In this document: in pieces, positions 51,342-64,000 of the stretch
Position numbering within the stretch: position 1 is the stretch's first letter
How the letters are laid out: each line of letters starts with the position of its first letter
Assembly: GCA_964651335.1 (NCBI GenBank)
Contig: CAZYVT010000012.1
Location: 14,318-78,317, forward strand
DNA from: an uncultured Enterobacteriaceae bacterium
GTDB lineage: Bacteria; Pseudomonadota; Gammaproteobacteria; Burkholderiales; SG8-39
Reading direction: 5' to 3'
Length of the DNA: 64,000 nt
The notes under the pieces: model-generated
Told to the model about the DNA's origin: nothing
The model's database searches: none
Seen by the model: the letters and a program-made list of their open reading frames with translations, nothing else
Made by a program: the position numbers and the translations under genes

Positions 51342-51590
51342 CTACCGTTTCAGCATTTGGTCAAGAAGGGACTTCAGTTCTCTCTTCGCGTTTTTTCTAA
51401 ATTCCTCCAACTCTTGCCTCATCTCGTCGACCACGTAATCGATCTCGGAATCCGTCATTAGCTGAGAACTCAGCAAAATGTGGCCTTGCTCTTCAGAGTG
51501 TGTACCGACCGATAAATGCAAGAACGGGGCTAGCGGGTAGTCGCCCTCTTTGCGCGCATGAAGGGGACTGTACATGGCTAGTCTGTGCAT
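51342..51590 (-). CDS. Hypothetical protein (82 aa, C-terminal coiled coil)
   Basis: ATG at 51590 with an AAGGAG SD; lower-GC codon usage. Confidence 0.6.
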   Translation of the reverse strand: MHRLAMYSPLHARKEGDYPLAPFLHLSVGTHSEEQGHILLSSQLMTDSEIDYVVDEMRQELEEFRKNAKRELKSLLDQMLKR

Positions 51591-51632
51591 GAGAAGCTCC
51601 TTTGATCTTGACCAAATCCACCGTGTCGTGTG

Positions 51633-51696
51633 GCCCAACGAACAGAATCGTATACGTTGTGCGTGAGCATGGTGGATACGATCCTGTTCGTTCGCC
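51633..51696 (-). repeat. 64-bp imperfect palindrome with attC-like ends
   Basis: Minus strand GGCGAAC...GTTGGGC; arms match at 19 of 23 nt. Confidence 0.55.
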
Positions 51697-51873
51697 GACA
51701 CGTTCGTTCGATCGGTCCCCCATTTGAGTAACAGGGCGGCCTACGGATAGGACAACAAGCGACAAGACGAGTGCGGTTATATTGTCCTCGCGATTGTGCG
51801 GAGGATGCATCCTACGCCGGGAATTGAGAGGCGGGGCGCGGTGATCCTCGGGCTCCAAATAAGGTGCATTTGA

Positions 51874-52371
51874 CTACACGTCGCCATGTGATAGCGCGCG
51901 CTGTACGGCGGGCTGTGCGAGCATTCGGTAGGCTCGCGACGTAACAATCTGCCGGCACAGACGCGCGAAATACGACCGGCCTTTTTCTGTGATTTGCCAG
52001 TCATTAAACATGGCGCCACTGAGATATCGGTGGCTAACCAGGTGCTTGCGCACGAACGCGATGTCGTTTCGCCAGTAGGGTTCGTTTCGGCTATGCATGA
52101 TGGAAACCTGTTTCTCGTTGAACTTGAGATAACCCCGATTTTGGATACCGTCGAGAATGTCCTTTTTCGTGCCACTGCCTCCAAGGTCCAGCACGGACGC
52201 AAGCAGTACGAATCGTTTTTCTTCCTCGACCGAAAGCAACGTCTCTCCCGTTTGGCGCTGCCATTGAGGTGATTTCAATGCCGGTAATGCATCCGCGGCC
52301 AAATCTTCAAAGGGGCTAGCCGCAGCCCCGCTGCTCGAGACGGGGGTGTTGTTACAACCGGGAAGCGTCAT
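51874..52371 (-). CDS. Stand-alone Mrr N-terminal-like winged-helix protein
   Basis: LGGSGTKKDIL...YWRNDIAFVRKHL...WQITEKGR resembles Mrr_N; AGGAG SD. Confidence 0.6.
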   Translation of the reverse strand: MTLPGCNNTPVSSSGAAASPFEDLAADALPALKSPQWQRQTGETLLSVEEEKRFVLLASVLDLGGSGTKKDILDGIQNRGYLKFNEKQVSIMHSRNEPYWRNDIAFVRKHLVSHRYLSGAMFNDWQITEKGRSYFARLCRQIVTSRAYRMLAQPAVQRALSHGDV

Positions 52372-52573
52372 AGGTATCTCCTAAAAGTTGTGCATAGTGA
52401 ATCCGCAGCTAACGTAGACAATCGCGCGGCAGCGGTAAAGCAAGGGATGTCGCCTATGACGACTGGAGAGTTTGAGTGCAGTAGTCCGAGGAACCTGAGC
52501 ATCCGGAAGGGACCAATCCCTTTGTTGACAACTTGCAGATAGCGATGTAACGGGCCCGCCCGGGTGCCCGACA

Positions 52574-52828
52574 CGCGAACGCGCGGGGCTGGGTAACTTT
52601 AGGTGGCATGACTTGCGCCACACTTGGGCGAGCTGGCACGCCCAGGCGGGAACGCCGATGCATGTGCTGCAGGAGTTGGGCGGTTGGCGATCGTCGGAGA
52701 TGGTGCGGCGGTACGCGCACCTTTCCAGCGATCATTTGGCCGAATACGCAGACCGGATGTCAGGAAACCTGCGGCTGGTTGCAGGTAACCCGGCGGTGGC
52801 TACGATTCGGCTACGTGGGGGAAGCTAG
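52574..52828 (+). pseudogene. C-terminal fragment of a tyrosine recombinase/integrase
   Basis: RAGLGNFRWHDLRHTWASW (HxxR), LQELGGW, MVRRYAH (catalytic Tyr); the N-terminal part is missing. Confidence 0.88.
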
Positions 52829-52862
52829 CGTCGCGTGCCTCGTCGCAACGCCTTGAAAGTTT

Positions 52863-52938
52863 TGGGGTGACCGATGGGATTCGAACCCACAACAACCGGA
52901 ATCACAATCCGGGACTCTACCGTTGAGCTACGGTCACC
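52863..52938 (-). tRNA. tRNA-His (GTG)
   Basis: Cloverleaf GGTGACCG...GGATT GTG ATTCC...GTTCGAATC...CCCCA, with G-1 and encoded CCA. Confidence 0.97.
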
Positions 52939-52954
52939 ACTGATGCCGCACATC

Positions 52955-53031
52955 TGGCCTGCCCGGCGGGACTCGAACCCACAACCCCCAGCTTAGAAGG
53001 CTGGTGCTCTATCCGGTTGAGCTACGGGCAG
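52955..53031 (-). tRNA. tRNA-Arg (TCT)
   Basis: CTGCCCG...CCAGC CT TCT AA GCTGG...GTTCGAGTC...GCCA. Confidence 0.97.
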
Positions 53032-53046
53032 CCGCCGGGTCAGACC

Positions 53047-53123
53047 TGGTCGGGGTGGGGAGATTTGAACTCCCGACATCTTGCTCCCAAAGCAAGCGCG
53101 CTACCAGGCTGCGCTACACCCCG
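53047..53123 (-). tRNA. tRNA-Pro (TGG)
   Basis: CGGGGTG...CTTGC TT TGG GA GCAAG...GTTCAAATC...ACCA. Confidence 0.97.
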
Positions 53124-53273
53124 AAAAGGGGTGCAATGATACGCCTCGCGCAGACGCGCGGCAAACGCAGGCCGCGGATTTGACGGCATTTCGCGGCCGT
53201 CCCGCATGTGCTTGCGGTGGTGGTTCTTTTCTGCTACAAAGCGCCTTTCATTTTTCCGGCTTACGCGAGAGAA

Positions 53274-53699
53274 ATGGCAGTGGAACTGACCCGAAAAAGC
53301 TTTGCACCCTACGTCCCGAAGAAGGGCGAGGAGTACATGAACGCGAAGCAGCGGAGCCATTTCCGCAAGATCCTGGAGAGCGTCAAGTCCGAGCTTTCCG
53401 AGGAGATCGACCGCACCGTCCATACGATGCAGGATGAGGCAACGGTGTTCGCCGACCCGAATGACCGCGCCAGCCAGGAATCCGACATGGCGCTCGAGCT
53501 TCGCAACCGCGACCGGGAGCGCAAGCTGATCAAGAAGATCGACGAGACGATCACGCGAATCGACGCCAACGAGTACGGTTACTGCGATAGCTGCGGCGTC
53601 GAGATCGGCCTCAAGCGCCTGGAGGCGCGTGCGACCGCCACACTGTGCATCGACTGCAAGACGCTCGACGAGATGCGCGAGCGTCAAGTAGCAAAGTAA
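53274..53699 (+). CDS. dksA: RNA polymerase-binding factor DksA
   Basis: EEYMN, DPNDRASQE (DxxDxA), CDSCG...CIDCK zinc finger. Confidence 0.97.
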   Translation: MAVELTRKSFAPYVPKKGEEYMNAKQRSHFRKILESVKSELSEEIDRTVHTMQDEATVFADPNDRASQESDMALELRNRDRERKLIKKIDETITRIDANEYGYCDSCGVEIGLKRLEARATATLCIDCKTLDEMRERQVAK

Positions 53700-53703
53700 C
53701 GCT

Positions 53704-55812
<2,109 letters not shown>

Positions 55813-55840
55813 GGCGAATCCTTTGTATTGGTGCGAAATG

Positions 55841-55870
55841 AAAAAACGCCCATCGATTCGATGGGCGTTT
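55841..55870 (-). terminator. Intrinsic terminator between rpsO and pnp
   Basis: Minus strand AAACGCCCATCG-aat-CGATGGGCGTTTTTT. Confidence 0.85.
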
Positions 55871-55894
55871 CCAGCTACGGCATCCCGAAAGGGG

Positions 55895-56164
55895 TTACTT
55901 GCGCAGCCCGAGCCGCTCGATCACCGAGCGGTACTTGTCTGCATCCTTGCGCTTCAGATAGTCGAGGAGTTTCCGGCGCTGGCTGACGAGCTTCAACAAG
56001 CCGCGGCGCGAGTGAAAATCCTTGACGTGCATCTTGAAGTGCTCCGTGAGGCCGTTGATACGCTCCGTAAGGAGCGCGACCTGCACTTCCGGAGAACCGG
56101 TATCGTTGGCGGCACGCTGATACTGCTTGACGACTTGCGCTCTTTGCGCAACCTGCATGACCAT
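55895..56164 (-). CDS. rpsO: 30S ribosomal protein S15
   Basis: [28 protein letters not shown]; 89 aa. Confidence 0.97.
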   Translation of the reverse strand: MVMQVAQRAQVVKQYQRAANDTGSPEVQVALLTERINGLTEHFKMHVKDFHSRRGLLKLVSQRRKLLDYLKRKDADKYRSVIERLGLRK

Positions 56165-56216
56165 ACTGGTGTATCTCCACGGCGAAGTGTGAATTTTATC
56201 CGACAAGCGTCTCGAT

Positions 56217-57143
56217 TCACAAGTTTTTTCTTGGTATTTCAGCCGCTTGCGACGCGCCCGGCGAGGGTGCGAGCAGCCTGACGGGGCGCAGGTCGCCTGC
56301 AGGGCTCATTTCTCCCACTCCGAGCAGCACGTCACCCTCCCCGTACACGCGGCACCGGCCTCCCGGACCAGGCGCATACGCCACCGGCCGCCCGTGCGAA
56401 AACCACCGCGCGAGCGCCGGATCCAGCTGCACGCGCGGCAAGGATTCGAGCAGTGCGTCCATCGGGACCAGCAGCCGCTCCCGGGCCGCTTCGTCCATTG
56501 CGGCGAGCAACTCCAGTGGGACCGCTTGCTCGAGCGTGAAGCGTCCCGCAGCCGTACGCCTCAATGCGGCAAGGTGGGCGCCGGTACCGAGCGCGGCACC
56601 AAGATCTTCCGCGAGCGTACGCACATAGGTTCCCTTGCTGCACGACACCTTCAGATGAAGGACCTGGCCTGCGCGACCCAGCAGCTCGAGCTTGCGTACT
56701 ACAACGCGTCTTGGTTCACGTGCAATCACTGCGCCCTTGCGCGCCAATTCGTACAGCGGCCGTCCATTGCGCTTGAGTGCCGAATGCATCGGCGGAATCT
56801 GCGCGAATTCGCCGCGGAATCGCGCCAGCGCCGCTTCGATCGCGGCGTCGCTTACGTCGACGGCCCGGCGCGCCGTCACCTCCCCTTCCGCATCGCCCGT
56901 CGATGTGGTGACCCCGAGCCGCACTTCGGCCAGATACTCCTTGCCGGAATCGAGCAGAAACTGGGCGAACTTGGTCGCCTCGCCAAAGAGCACGGGCAGC
57001 AGACCCGAGGCGAGCGGGTCGAGGGTCCCGGCATGGCCCGCTTTTCCGGCACCGAACAGGCGTTTCGCTACCTGCAGCGCGCCGTTCGACGTCATGCCGG
57101 AGGGCTTGTCGAGGAGCAGCACTGCGTCCAGCCGGCGACGCAT
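56217..57143 (-). CDS. truB: tRNA pseudouridine(55) synthase
   Basis: [36 protein letters not shown]. Confidence 0.97.
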   Translation of the reverse strand: MRRRLDAVLLLDKPSGMTSNGALQVAKRLFGAGKAGHAGTLDPLASGLLPVLFGEATKFAQFLLDSGKEYLAEVRLGVTTSTGDAEGEVTARRAVDVSDAAIEAALARFRGEFAQIPPMHSALKRNGRPLYELARKGAVIAREPRRVVVRKLELLGRAGQVLHLKVSCSKGTYVRTLAEDLGAALGTGAHLAALRRTAAGRFTLEQAVPLELLAAMDEAARERLLVPMDALLESLPRVQLDPALARWFSHGRPVAYAPGPGGRCRVYGEGDVLLGVGEMSPAGDLRPVRLLAPSPGASQAAEIPRKNL

Positions 57144-57487
57144 CAGGGCTTGGAGCGCACGCTGTCGATGAGTCTGTGCAGGCGGTCGCCGCGCTCGACC
57201 GACTCGTCGTACTCGAAACGGAGTTGCGGCGTGACATAGAGCTTGATCCGTCGGGCGAGCTGCGAGCGGAGGAACCCCGCCGCCCGGAGCAGCCCGCGGG
57301 CCGCCTCCTCGGCGCGCGTCGGGTCGAGGCAGGTGTACAGCACCCTGGCATGCGAGAAGTCGGGAGAAACGTCGACCGCGGTGAGCGTTACCATGCCGAC
57401 ACGCGGGTCGCGCAGCTCGCGGCGCAGGATGTCGGAGAGTTCCCGCTGAATCAGGTCCGCCACCTTCTGCGGCCGGGGTCGGGTCAC
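57143..57487 (-). CDS. rbfA: Ribosome-binding factor A
   Basis: [27 protein letters not shown]. Confidence 0.96.
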   Translation of the reverse strand: MTRPRPQKVADLIQRELSDILRRELRDPRVGMVTLTAVDVSPDFSHARVLYTCLDPTRAEEAARGLLRAAGFLRSQLARRIKLYVTPQLRFEYDESVERGDRLHRLIDSVRSKP

Positions 57488-60018
57488 AGCGTGCGCGCGA
57501 CCTCCAGAACCTCGAAAACCTCGAACTGATCACCTTCCTTGAGATCCTGGAAGTTCTTGAGCGACATGCCGCACTCGAAGCCGGCCTTGACCTCGCGCAC
57601 ATCGTCCTTGAATCGCTTGAGGGAATCGATCTCGCCGCTATGGATCACGACGTTGTCCCGCAGGACCCGGACCTGGGCATTGCGCCGGACCAGGCCGTCC
57701 TGCACGTAGCACCCGGCGACCGTGCCCACCTTGGAGATCCGGAAGACCTGCCGCACCTCGACCAGGCCGAGGACACTCTCCTTTCTCTCCGGTGCGAGCA
57801 TTCCGGACAAGGCGGCCTTGATCTCCTCGACTGCGTCATAGATGACGTTGTAGTAGCGAACGTCCACGCCCGCGGACTCCATCAACTTGCGGGCAGTCGC
57901 ATCGGCGCGCGTGTTGAACCCGATGATCACCGCGCGCGACGCCATTGCGAGGTTCACGTCCGACTCGGTGATCCCTCCCACGCCCGCGTGCACGACCATC
58001 ACCTTCACTTCGTCGGTCGAGAGCCTTGTCAGCGCGTGCACCAGCGCTTCCTGCGAACCCTGAACGTCCGCCTTGATGACGAGCGCGAGCGCCTTCTTCT
58101 CGCCGTCCCCCATCTGTTCGAACATGTTCTCCAGCTTGGCCGCCTGCTGCTTGGCAAGCTTGATGTCGCGGAACTTGCCTTGGCGAAACAGCCCGATTTC
58201 CCGCGCCTTGCGCTCGTCGGCGAGCACGACCATCTCTGCGCCCGCAACTGGAACGTCCGAGAGGCCCTGGATCTCGACCGGGATCGACGGTCCCGCCGAC
58301 TGGATCGGCTTGCCGTTCTCGTCGAGCATCGCGCGCACCCGGCCATAGACCGCCCCCATCAACACCACGTCTCCACGCTCGAGCGTCCCCGCTTGCACCA
58401 GGACCGTCGCCACCGGTCCCCGGCCCTTGTCGAGACGCGCCTCGATCACGACGCCCTTCGCCGGCGCGTTGACCGCTGCCGTCAGCTCCTTCACTTCGGC
58501 CTGCAACAGCACTCGTTCCAGCAACTCGTCGATTCCCTGGCCGGTTTTCGCCGAAACGGGTACGAAGGGCGAGTCGCCGCCGAACTCCTCCGGCACCACG
58601 CCGTGGCTCAGCAGCTGCTGCTTGACCTTCTCCGGGTTCGCCTCGTGCTTGTCGATCTTGTTGATCGCCACTACGAGCGGCACTTCGGCGGCCTTGGCGT
58701 GGTTGATCGCTTCGACCGTCTGCGGCATGACGCCGTCGTCCGCGGCTACCACCAGGATCACGATATCGGTGACTTTCGCGCCGCGCGCGCGCATCGCGGT
58801 GAATGCCTCGTGACCCGGCGTGTCGAGGAAGGTGACGACGCCGCGCGGCGTTTCGACGTGGTAGGCGCCGATGTGCTGAGTAATGCCGCCGGCCTCTCCC
58901 GCCGCAACCTTGGTACGGCGGATGTAGTCGAGCAGCGAAGTCTTGCCATGATCGACGTGGCCCATGACCGTGACCACCGGCGGCCGCGGTGTCACCTCGG
59001 TCGTGCCCGACTCCTGCGTCTCGATGAGATATGCCTCGGGATCGTCGAGCTTTGCGGGCTTGGCCTTGTGGCCCATCTCCTCGATCACGATCATCGCGGT
59101 TTCCTGGTCGAGGATCTGGTTGATCGTAGCCATCGAGCCGAGTTTCATGAGCGCCTTGATGACCTCGGCGGCCTTGACCGACATCCGATGCGCGACTTCG
59201 CCTACGGTGATTGTTTCAGGAACCGCGATTTCACGCACCACAGGCTCGCTGGGCGGCGCGAATGCAGGTTCCTCGGCAGTCTGGGTCTTCCTGTGGCCTG
59301 CGGCCTTCGGCCCATGCCAACCGGCCACGCCGCCACCCACGTCGCCGCGCGTCTTGATCGTGCGGCGGCGCACCGAATCGCCCCTGAGAATGGTGGTCGG
59401 CTTGGCTTTCTTGGCCTTCTTGTCGCCCTTGGCTTCGCCTTCCTTGAGCTTCGGCGCGTGCAGCGTGCCCTCGGTCGCCCCCGGCGCCGCAGGCGGTGCC
59501 GGCGCGGCACGCTGAGCTTCGCGTTCGGCTTGCTTCTGCTCCGCCTCGCGGCGTTCGCGTTCCTGCTTCTCGCGCAGTTCCTGCGCCTGAAGTTCGGCAA
59601 GCTGCTGCTGACGGCGTTCCTCTTCCTGGCGAAGTTCAATTTCCCTTGTATCGATCGCCGATGCCGGAGGCGCCGAAGGCGCCGGGGCAGGCGCTGCCGC
59701 CGGCGCCGACTCGGAGAGGTCGCGCTTGACGAACACCCGTTTCTTGCGCACCTCGACCTGAATCGTCCGCGCCTTGCCGGTGGTCGAATCAGCCTTCTTG
59801 ATCTCGCTGGTCTGCCGGCGAGTCAGAGTGATCTTGTTTTTTGACTCGCTCGAGCCATGGACGCGCCTCAGATACTCGAGCAGCCGGGATTTGTCCTGGT
59901 CGGAGAGTGCGTCTTCGGGCTCGCGCTTCTCGACCCCGGCAGCGCGCAGTTGCTCCAGGAGAACCGAGGGCGGGACCTTCAGCTCGCTCGCGAACTGCGC
60001 GACGCTCGTCTGTGGCAC
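57484..60018 (-). CDS. infB: Translation initiation factor IF-2
   Basis: [36 protein letters not shown]. Confidence 0.98.
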   Translation of the reverse strand: MPQTSVAQFASELKVPPSVLLEQLRAAGVEKREPEDALSDQDKSRLLEYLRRVHGSSESKNKITLTRRQTSEIKKADSTTGKARTIQVEVRKKRVFVKRDLSESAPAAAPAPAPSAPPASAIDTREIELRQEEERRQQQLAELQAQELREKQERERREAEQKQAEREAQRAAPAPPAAPGATEGTLHAPKLKEGEAKGDKKAKKAKPTTILRGDSVRRRTIKTRGDVGGGVAGWHGPKAAGHRKTQTAEEPAFAPPSEPVVREIAVPETITVGEVAHRMSVKAAEVIKALMKLGSMATINQILDQETAMIVIEEMGHKAKPAKLDDPEAYLIETQESGTTEVTPRPPVVTVMGHVDHGKTSLLDYIRRTKVAAGEAGGITQHIGAYHVETPRGVVTFLDTPGHEAFTAMRARGAKVTDIVILVVAADDGVMPQTVEAINHAKAAEVPLVVAINKIDKHEANPEKVKQQLLSHGVVPEEFGGDSPFVPVSAKTGQGIDELLERVLLQAEVKELTAAVNAPAKGVVIEARLDKGRGPVATVLVQAGTLERGDVVLMGAVYGRVRAMLDENGKPIQSAGPSIPVEIQGLSDVPVAGAEMVVLADERKAREIGLFRQGKFRDIKLAKQQAAKLENMFEQMGDGEKKALALVIKADVQGSQEALVHALTRLSTDEVKVMVVHAGVGGITESDVNLAMASRAVIIGFNTRADATARKLMESAGVDVRYYNVIYDAVEEIKAALSGMLAPERKESVLGLVEVRQVFRISKVGTVAGCYVQDGLVRRNAQVRVLRDNVVIHSGEIDSLKRFKDDVREVKAGFECGMSLKNFQDLKEGDQFEVFEVLEVARTL

Positions 60019-60020
60019 GT

Positions 60021-61535
60021 TTACTGCGCCTCCTTCTGCGCGGCCGCGCCGTCGTCCGGCGCGCTTTCGAACCAGTGCGCGCGTGCCGCCAGGATCAAGC
60101 CCTTCGCGCGCTCGCCATCGACCCCCGTCAACTCCGAGAGCTCGTCCACTGCGAGGTCGGCGAGGGCATCGCGCGTGCGCACGCCCTGTGCTGCCAGCTT
60201 CGCCGCCAGCTGCGCATCCATGCCGTCCAGCTTGAGGAGGTTCGGATCCACCTGCTCGATGTTTTCCTCGCTGGCGATCGCCTGCACCAGCAGCGCATTG
60301 CGCGCGCGGCTACGAAGCTCGTTCACGGTGCCCTCATCGAAGGCCTCGATCTCGAGCAATTCGGTGATCGGCACGTACGCCACTTCCTCGAGCGTCGCAA
60401 AGCCTTCCTGGAGCAGGATCTCCGCGACCTCTTCGTCCACGTCGAGCTTTTCCATGAACAGGTTCCTGATCCGGCCCGATTCCTCCTGTTGCTTCTTCTG
60501 CGACTCTTCCTGGGTCATCAGGTTGATCGTCCAGCCGGTGAGCTCCGAGGCGAGACGAACATTCTGGCCGCTTCGTCCGATGGCAATGGCGAGGTTCTCC
60601 TCGTCCACCACCACGTCCATCGAATGCTTTTCCTCGTCCACCAGGATCGACATCACTTCGGCCGGGGCGAGCGCCCCGATCACGAATTGGGCGGGATCCG
60701 CCGACCAGAGCACGATATCGACGCGCTCGCCGGCAAGTTCCTGGGTGACCGCCTGTACCCGCGAGCCGCGCATGCCGACGCAAGTGCCGATCGGGTCGAT
60801 TCGCTTGTCGCTGGTGTGGACCGCGATCTTCGCCCGCACTCCCGGGTCGCGGGCCGCGGACTTGATTTCGAGCAGCCGCTCCTCGATCTCCGGTACCTCG
60901 AGCTCGAACAGCTTCATGATGAACTGCGGCGCGGTGCGCGACAGAATCAGCTGCGGGCCGCGCGCGCCGCGGTCGATTTTCATGACCCAGGCACGCACGC
61001 GGTCGCCGACGCGAAGGTTCTCCTTGGGAATCATCTGCTCGCGCGGCAGCAGCGCTTCGAGCCTTCCCGATTCGACGATTGCGTTGCCGCGCTCCATGCG
61101 CTTGATCGTGCCGGTGACCAGTTCGTCGCCGCGCGAGAGGAAGTCGTTCAGGATCTGCTCGCGCTCCGCATCGCGGATCCGCTGCAGGATCACCTGCTTG
61201 GCGGTCTGCGCGCCGATGCGCCCGAATTCGATCGGCTCGAGCGGCTCCTCGACGAAGTCATCGAGCTTCAGGTCGGCCTGCCGCTTCTGCGCTTCGGAGA
61301 TCGCGATCTGCGCCGCCGGAGACTCGACCAGCTCGTCCGGCACCACTTTCCAGCGCCGGAACGAATCGTAGTTCCCGGTATTGCGGTCGACCGCAACCCG
61401 TACCTCCACGTCCTCCGAAATACGCTTCTTGGTCGCCGAGGCGAGCGCAAGTTCCAGCGCGCCGAAGACCACGTCGCGGCTGACGTTCTTTTCGCGCGCC
61501 AGTGCATCCACCAATAGCAGAATCTCCCTGCTCAT
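60021..61535 (-). CDS. nusA: Transcription termination factor NusA
   Basis: [42 protein letters not shown] repeats. Confidence 0.97.
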   Translation of the reverse strand: MSREILLLVDALAREKNVSRDVVFGALELALASATKKRISEDVEVRVAVDRNTGNYDSFRRWKVVPDELVESPAAQIAISEAQKRQADLKLDDFVEEPLEPIEFGRIGAQTAKQVILQRIRDAEREQILNDFLSRGDELVTGTIKRMERGNAIVESGRLEALLPREQMIPKENLRVGDRVRAWVMKIDRGARGPQLILSRTAPQFIMKLFELEVPEIEERLLEIKSAARDPGVRAKIAVHTSDKRIDPIGTCVGMRGSRVQAVTQELAGERVDIVLWSADPAQFVIGALAPAEVMSILVDEEKHSMDVVVDEENLAIAIGRSGQNVRLASELTGWTINLMTQEESQKKQQEESGRIRNLFMEKLDVDEEVAEILLQEGFATLEEVAYVPITELLEIEAFDEGTVNELRSRARNALLVQAIASEENIEQVDPNLLKLDGMDAQLAAKLAAQGVRTRDALADLAVDELSELTGVDGERAKGLILAARAHWFESAPDDGAAAQKEAQ

Positions 61536-61539
61536 CGCA

Positions 61540-62016
61540 TCACTCCGATCTTTCCGCGAACCGCAAAGAGCGTCCGCCCGTATCCAGGTCCGGCACCAGC
61601 CGGGCCCGGTCCATTTCATCGAGCTGCAGCGCGACTTGCCGGCCCTCGACCTCGAGCGTGGCGACGCCATCCTGCATGCCGCGCAGCAGCCCCACGAAGC
61701 GTCGCCGTCCAGTCGCATCAGGTAGACGCATTCGCACGTCCACCCTGCGGCCGGCGAAGCGCGCAAAATCGCCCGCGCGCCGCAACGGCCGGTCCAGGCC
61801 GGGCGAGGACACCTCGAGCCGGTCATACTCGATGCCTTCTACTGCGAGCACGCGCGTGAAATGACGGCTCACCCCGGCGCAGTCGTCAACCGTGACGCCA
61901 CCCGGCTTGTCGATGAAGATGCGCAGCAGGCGCCCCCGGTTCGATACCTGCGTATCGACCAGCTCGAACCCCATCCCGGCCAGGGTGGATTCCACGATGC
62001 GTTCCAGCGCCCCCAT
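61540..62016 (-). CDS. rimP: Ribosome maturation factor RimP
   Basis: [22 protein letters not shown]. Confidence 0.96.
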   Translation of the reverse strand: MGALERIVESTLAGMGFELVDTQVSNRGRLLRIFIDKPGGVTVDDCAGVSRHFTRVLAVEGIEYDRLEVSSPGLDRPLRRAGDFARFAGRRVDVRMRLPDATGRRRFVGLLRGMQDGVATLEVEGRQVALQLDEMDRARLVPDLDTGGRSLRFAERSE

Positions 62017-62104
62017 CGCCTGTTCCTGCCGCGCCAATCCGATTCGCCCATAGGGCAATGCGCTTGTGCATCACGTTTCACCATGCGCAACGTGATCCAC
62101 AAAC

Positions 62105-62125
62105 AAAAAATGGGCCGAAGCCCAT
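62105..62125 (-). terminator. Terminator-like hairpin in the rimP 5' region (rimP-leader-like)
   Basis: Minus strand ATGGGC-TTCG-GCCCAT-TTTTT. Confidence 0.75.
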
Positions 62126-62182
62126 CCCCAAAACGTTTGAAGTTTAACAGCTTTTCCCTCTGCGGACAATGTCCGCAGAGGG

Positions 62183-62980
62183 TCAGGAAGACATCAGCCG
62201 CCGTACCTCGGCGCTCGAGAGTTCTGTCCAGCGTCCGGGCTGCAGATCCCTGGGCAGGCGCACCGGCCCGAAACGGATACGGGTCAGGCGGCTGACCTGA
62301 AAGCCGACCGTTTCGAACAGCCGTCTCACCTCGCGATTGCGCCCTTCTCGAAGGGTCACCCGAAACCAGCGGTTCGCCCCGGTCGACTTGCCCGTCGCTT
62401 CCAGGTGCTCGAAACGTGCAACACCATCGTCAAGCGTTACGCCGGCAAGCAACCGGTGCTGCATCGCCTCGCTCATCTCGCCCAGTACGCGGACCGCGTA
62501 TTCGCGCTCGATTCCCTGGCGTGGATGCATGAGCCGGTTTGCGAGTTCGCCCGAGTTCGTGACCAGGAGCAGGCCCGAGCTGTTCAGGTCCAGCCGGCCG
62601 ATGGCGATCCAGCGGCCGCCGCGCAACGGCGGCAGGCGCTCGAACACCGTGCGCCGGCCCTGCGGGTCGCCGCGCGTGACGAGCTCGCCCTCCGGTTTGT
62701 GATATGCGATGACGCGCGGCCGCCCGCGCTCACGGTGAAGCTCGATCGCCTTGCCATCGAGAGTGACCGGATCATCAGCGGCCGCGCGGTCGCCCAGGTG
62801 CGCCACGCGCCCCGATACCGTGACGCGGCCCGCCGCGATCCACGTTTCGATCTGGCGACGCGATCCGCAACCGGCCGCAGCAAGCAGCTTCTGAAGCCGC
62901 TCGCCGCGACCTTCAGTCCGTTCCGGCGGCGCCAGCTGGAGTGTGGCCGGCGGCCGGTTGCGGGGCCGAACCGGGTTCAA
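62183..62980 (-). CDS. rluB: 23S rRNA pseudouridine synthase RluB-like (start uncertain)
   Basis: [14 protein letters not shown]4 domain, [20 protein letters not shown]. Confidence 0.9.
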   Translation of the reverse strand: MNPVRPRNRPPATLQLAPPERTEGRGERLQKLLAAAGCGSRRQIETWIAAGRVTVSGRVAHLGDRAAADDPVTLDGKAIELHRERGRPRVIAYHKPEGELVTRGDPQGRRTVFERLPPLRGGRWIAIGRLDLNSSGLLLVTNSGELANRLMHPRQGIEREYAVRVLGEMSEAMQHRLLAGVTLDDGVARFEHLEATGKSTGANRWFRVTLREGRNREVRRLFETVGFQVSRLTRIRFGPVRLPRDLQPGRWTELSSAEVRRLMSS

Positions 62981-63509
62981 GTGGCAGCGTCTGCGCAATC
63001 TCCTCGAGCGGCGGGAGCTCCTCGAGCGAGCGCAACCCGAGATCATCGAGAAAAGTCCTGGTCGTCGCGTAGAGCGCGGGGCGACCCGGTGTTTCGCGAT
63101 GCCCTATGACGTCGATCCAGCCGCGATTCTCCAGGGTCTGGATGATCTGCGCCGATACCGTAACACCGCGGATGTCCTCGATGTCGCCGCGGGTGACCGG
63201 CTGACGATAGGCGATGATGGCGAGCGTCTCCATGACCGCGCGCGAATAGCGCGGCGGTTTGTCGGGATTCAGGCGCTCTGCGAACGGTAGAAACTCGGGT
63301 TTGGTCTGGAACCGCCAGCCGCTCGCGAGATCGACGAGTTCGACCGCGCGGCCGCTCCACTCCTCGCGCAATTCGCCGAGCAGTCGCCGCAACGTGTCCG
63401 AACCGATTTCGCGGTCGAACAGGCGCTTCAGGTCGGCGAGCGCCACCGGTTCCTGCGAGCAGAGCAGGGCCGCCTCGATGATGCGCTTGGCTTCAGCGGG
63501 ATCGAGCAT
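62913..63509 (-). CDS. scpB: SMC-Scp complex subunit ScpB
   Basis: [37 protein letters not shown]. Confidence 0.96.
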   Translation of the reverse strand: MLDPAEAKRIIEAALLCSQEPVALADLKRLFDREIGSDTLRRLLGELREEWSGRAVELVDLASGWRFQTKPEFLPFAERLNPDKPPRYSRAVMETLAIIAYRQPVTRGDIEDIRGVTVSAQIIQTLENRGWIDVIGHRETPGRPALYATTRTFLDDLGLRSLEELPPLEEIAQTLPLEPGSAPQPAAGHTPAGAAGTD

Positions 63510-64000
63510 GGGCCAGCCTGACGTAGATCGGGGCGTAGCACTCCGACTGGGTGATGTCGAGAAGAGACTCGCGCGCAAGCTCCAGCAGCGCAAGGAACGT
63601 CACCACCAGCACCGCAACCCCGCGTGCCGGGTCGAACAGTTCGGCGAACTCGAGCACGCGACGTTCCCCCAGCCGCCGCAGGATGTCGCTCATGTGCTCG
63701 CGCACCGACAGTTCCTCCCGCGTGACGCGGTGGTGCGCCGAGAGTCGCGCCCGGTAGAGCAGGCCGCGCCATGCCTCGGCAAGATCCTGCGGGCGTACTT
63801 CCGGCATCCGCTCAACGCCCGCCTTCTCGATCCATACCGAGATCGCGACCACATCGCGCCCCTCCCGTGGAAGCTGGTCAAGCCTCAGCGCGGCCTGCTT
63901 CATCCTTTCGTACTCGAGCAGCCGGCGCACCAGCTCGGCACGCGGGTCCTCCTCGACCTGCTCGAGCACCGATGGTCGCGGCAACAGCATCCTGGACTTG
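63493..64000 (-). CDS. scpA: Segregation and condensation protein ScpA (5' end outside window)
   Basis: [30 protein letters not shown]. Confidence 0.93.
   Translation of the reverse strand, partial: KSRMLLPRPSVLEQVEEDPRAELVRRLLEYERMKQAALRLDQLPREGRDVVAISVWIEKAGVERMPEVRPQDLAEAWRGLLYRARLSAHHRVTREELSVREHMSDILRRLGERRVLEFAELFDPARGVAVLVVTFLALLELARESLLDITQSECYAPIYVRLAHARSR

Larger units (their letters stand above)
49800..52892. mobile_element. Decayed integrative element (genomic islet) in tRNA-His
   Basis: 30-bp att repeats, tyrosine-integrase remnant next to the tRNA, TA genes, lower-GC orphan ORFs. Confidence 0.85.

Noticed and set aside
53040-53687. 215-aa minus-strand ORF
   Set aside because: It runs through tRNA-Pro and antisense to dksA; a typical tRNA-overlap artefact

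Overview
High-GC (roughly 65-70% in spot-counted lines) betaproteobacterial-type chromosome segment made mostly of conserved housekeeping blocks: mtnA, tadA, guaAB, ratAB/smpB, ppsA/ppsR, the rpsB-tsf-pyrH-frr-uppS-cdsA-dxr-rseP-bamA-skp-lpxD-fabZ-lpxA-lpxB-rnhB cluster, map-glnD, smc-zipA-ligA, queF-dapC-dapD-pilU-dapE-prmB, tRNA Pro/Arg/His, dksA, and scpAB-rluB-rimP-nusA-infB-rbfA-truB-rpsO-pnp. Four accessory insertions stand out. (1) An MntA/HepT (type VII) toxin-antitoxin pair sits between guaA and tadA, bounded by a degenerate duplicate of the guaA 3' end. (2) A divergent selenoneine pair senA/senB, with no senC in the window, lies between trmH and rnhB. (3) A lower-GC block (about 34.75-39.39 kb) holds a long, about 50% GC ligA at the usual ligA position, followed by a DEDDh-TerB-BRCT exonuclease and a frameshifted WYL gene, each of the latter two followed by an attC-like remnant. 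(4) A decayed 3-kb islet in tRNA-His carries a 30-bp att duplication, an integrase remnant, vapBC, an orphan higA with a higB tail remnant, an Mrr_N-like gene and an attC-like palindrome. All family calls come from motif recognition by eye; no database search was run.
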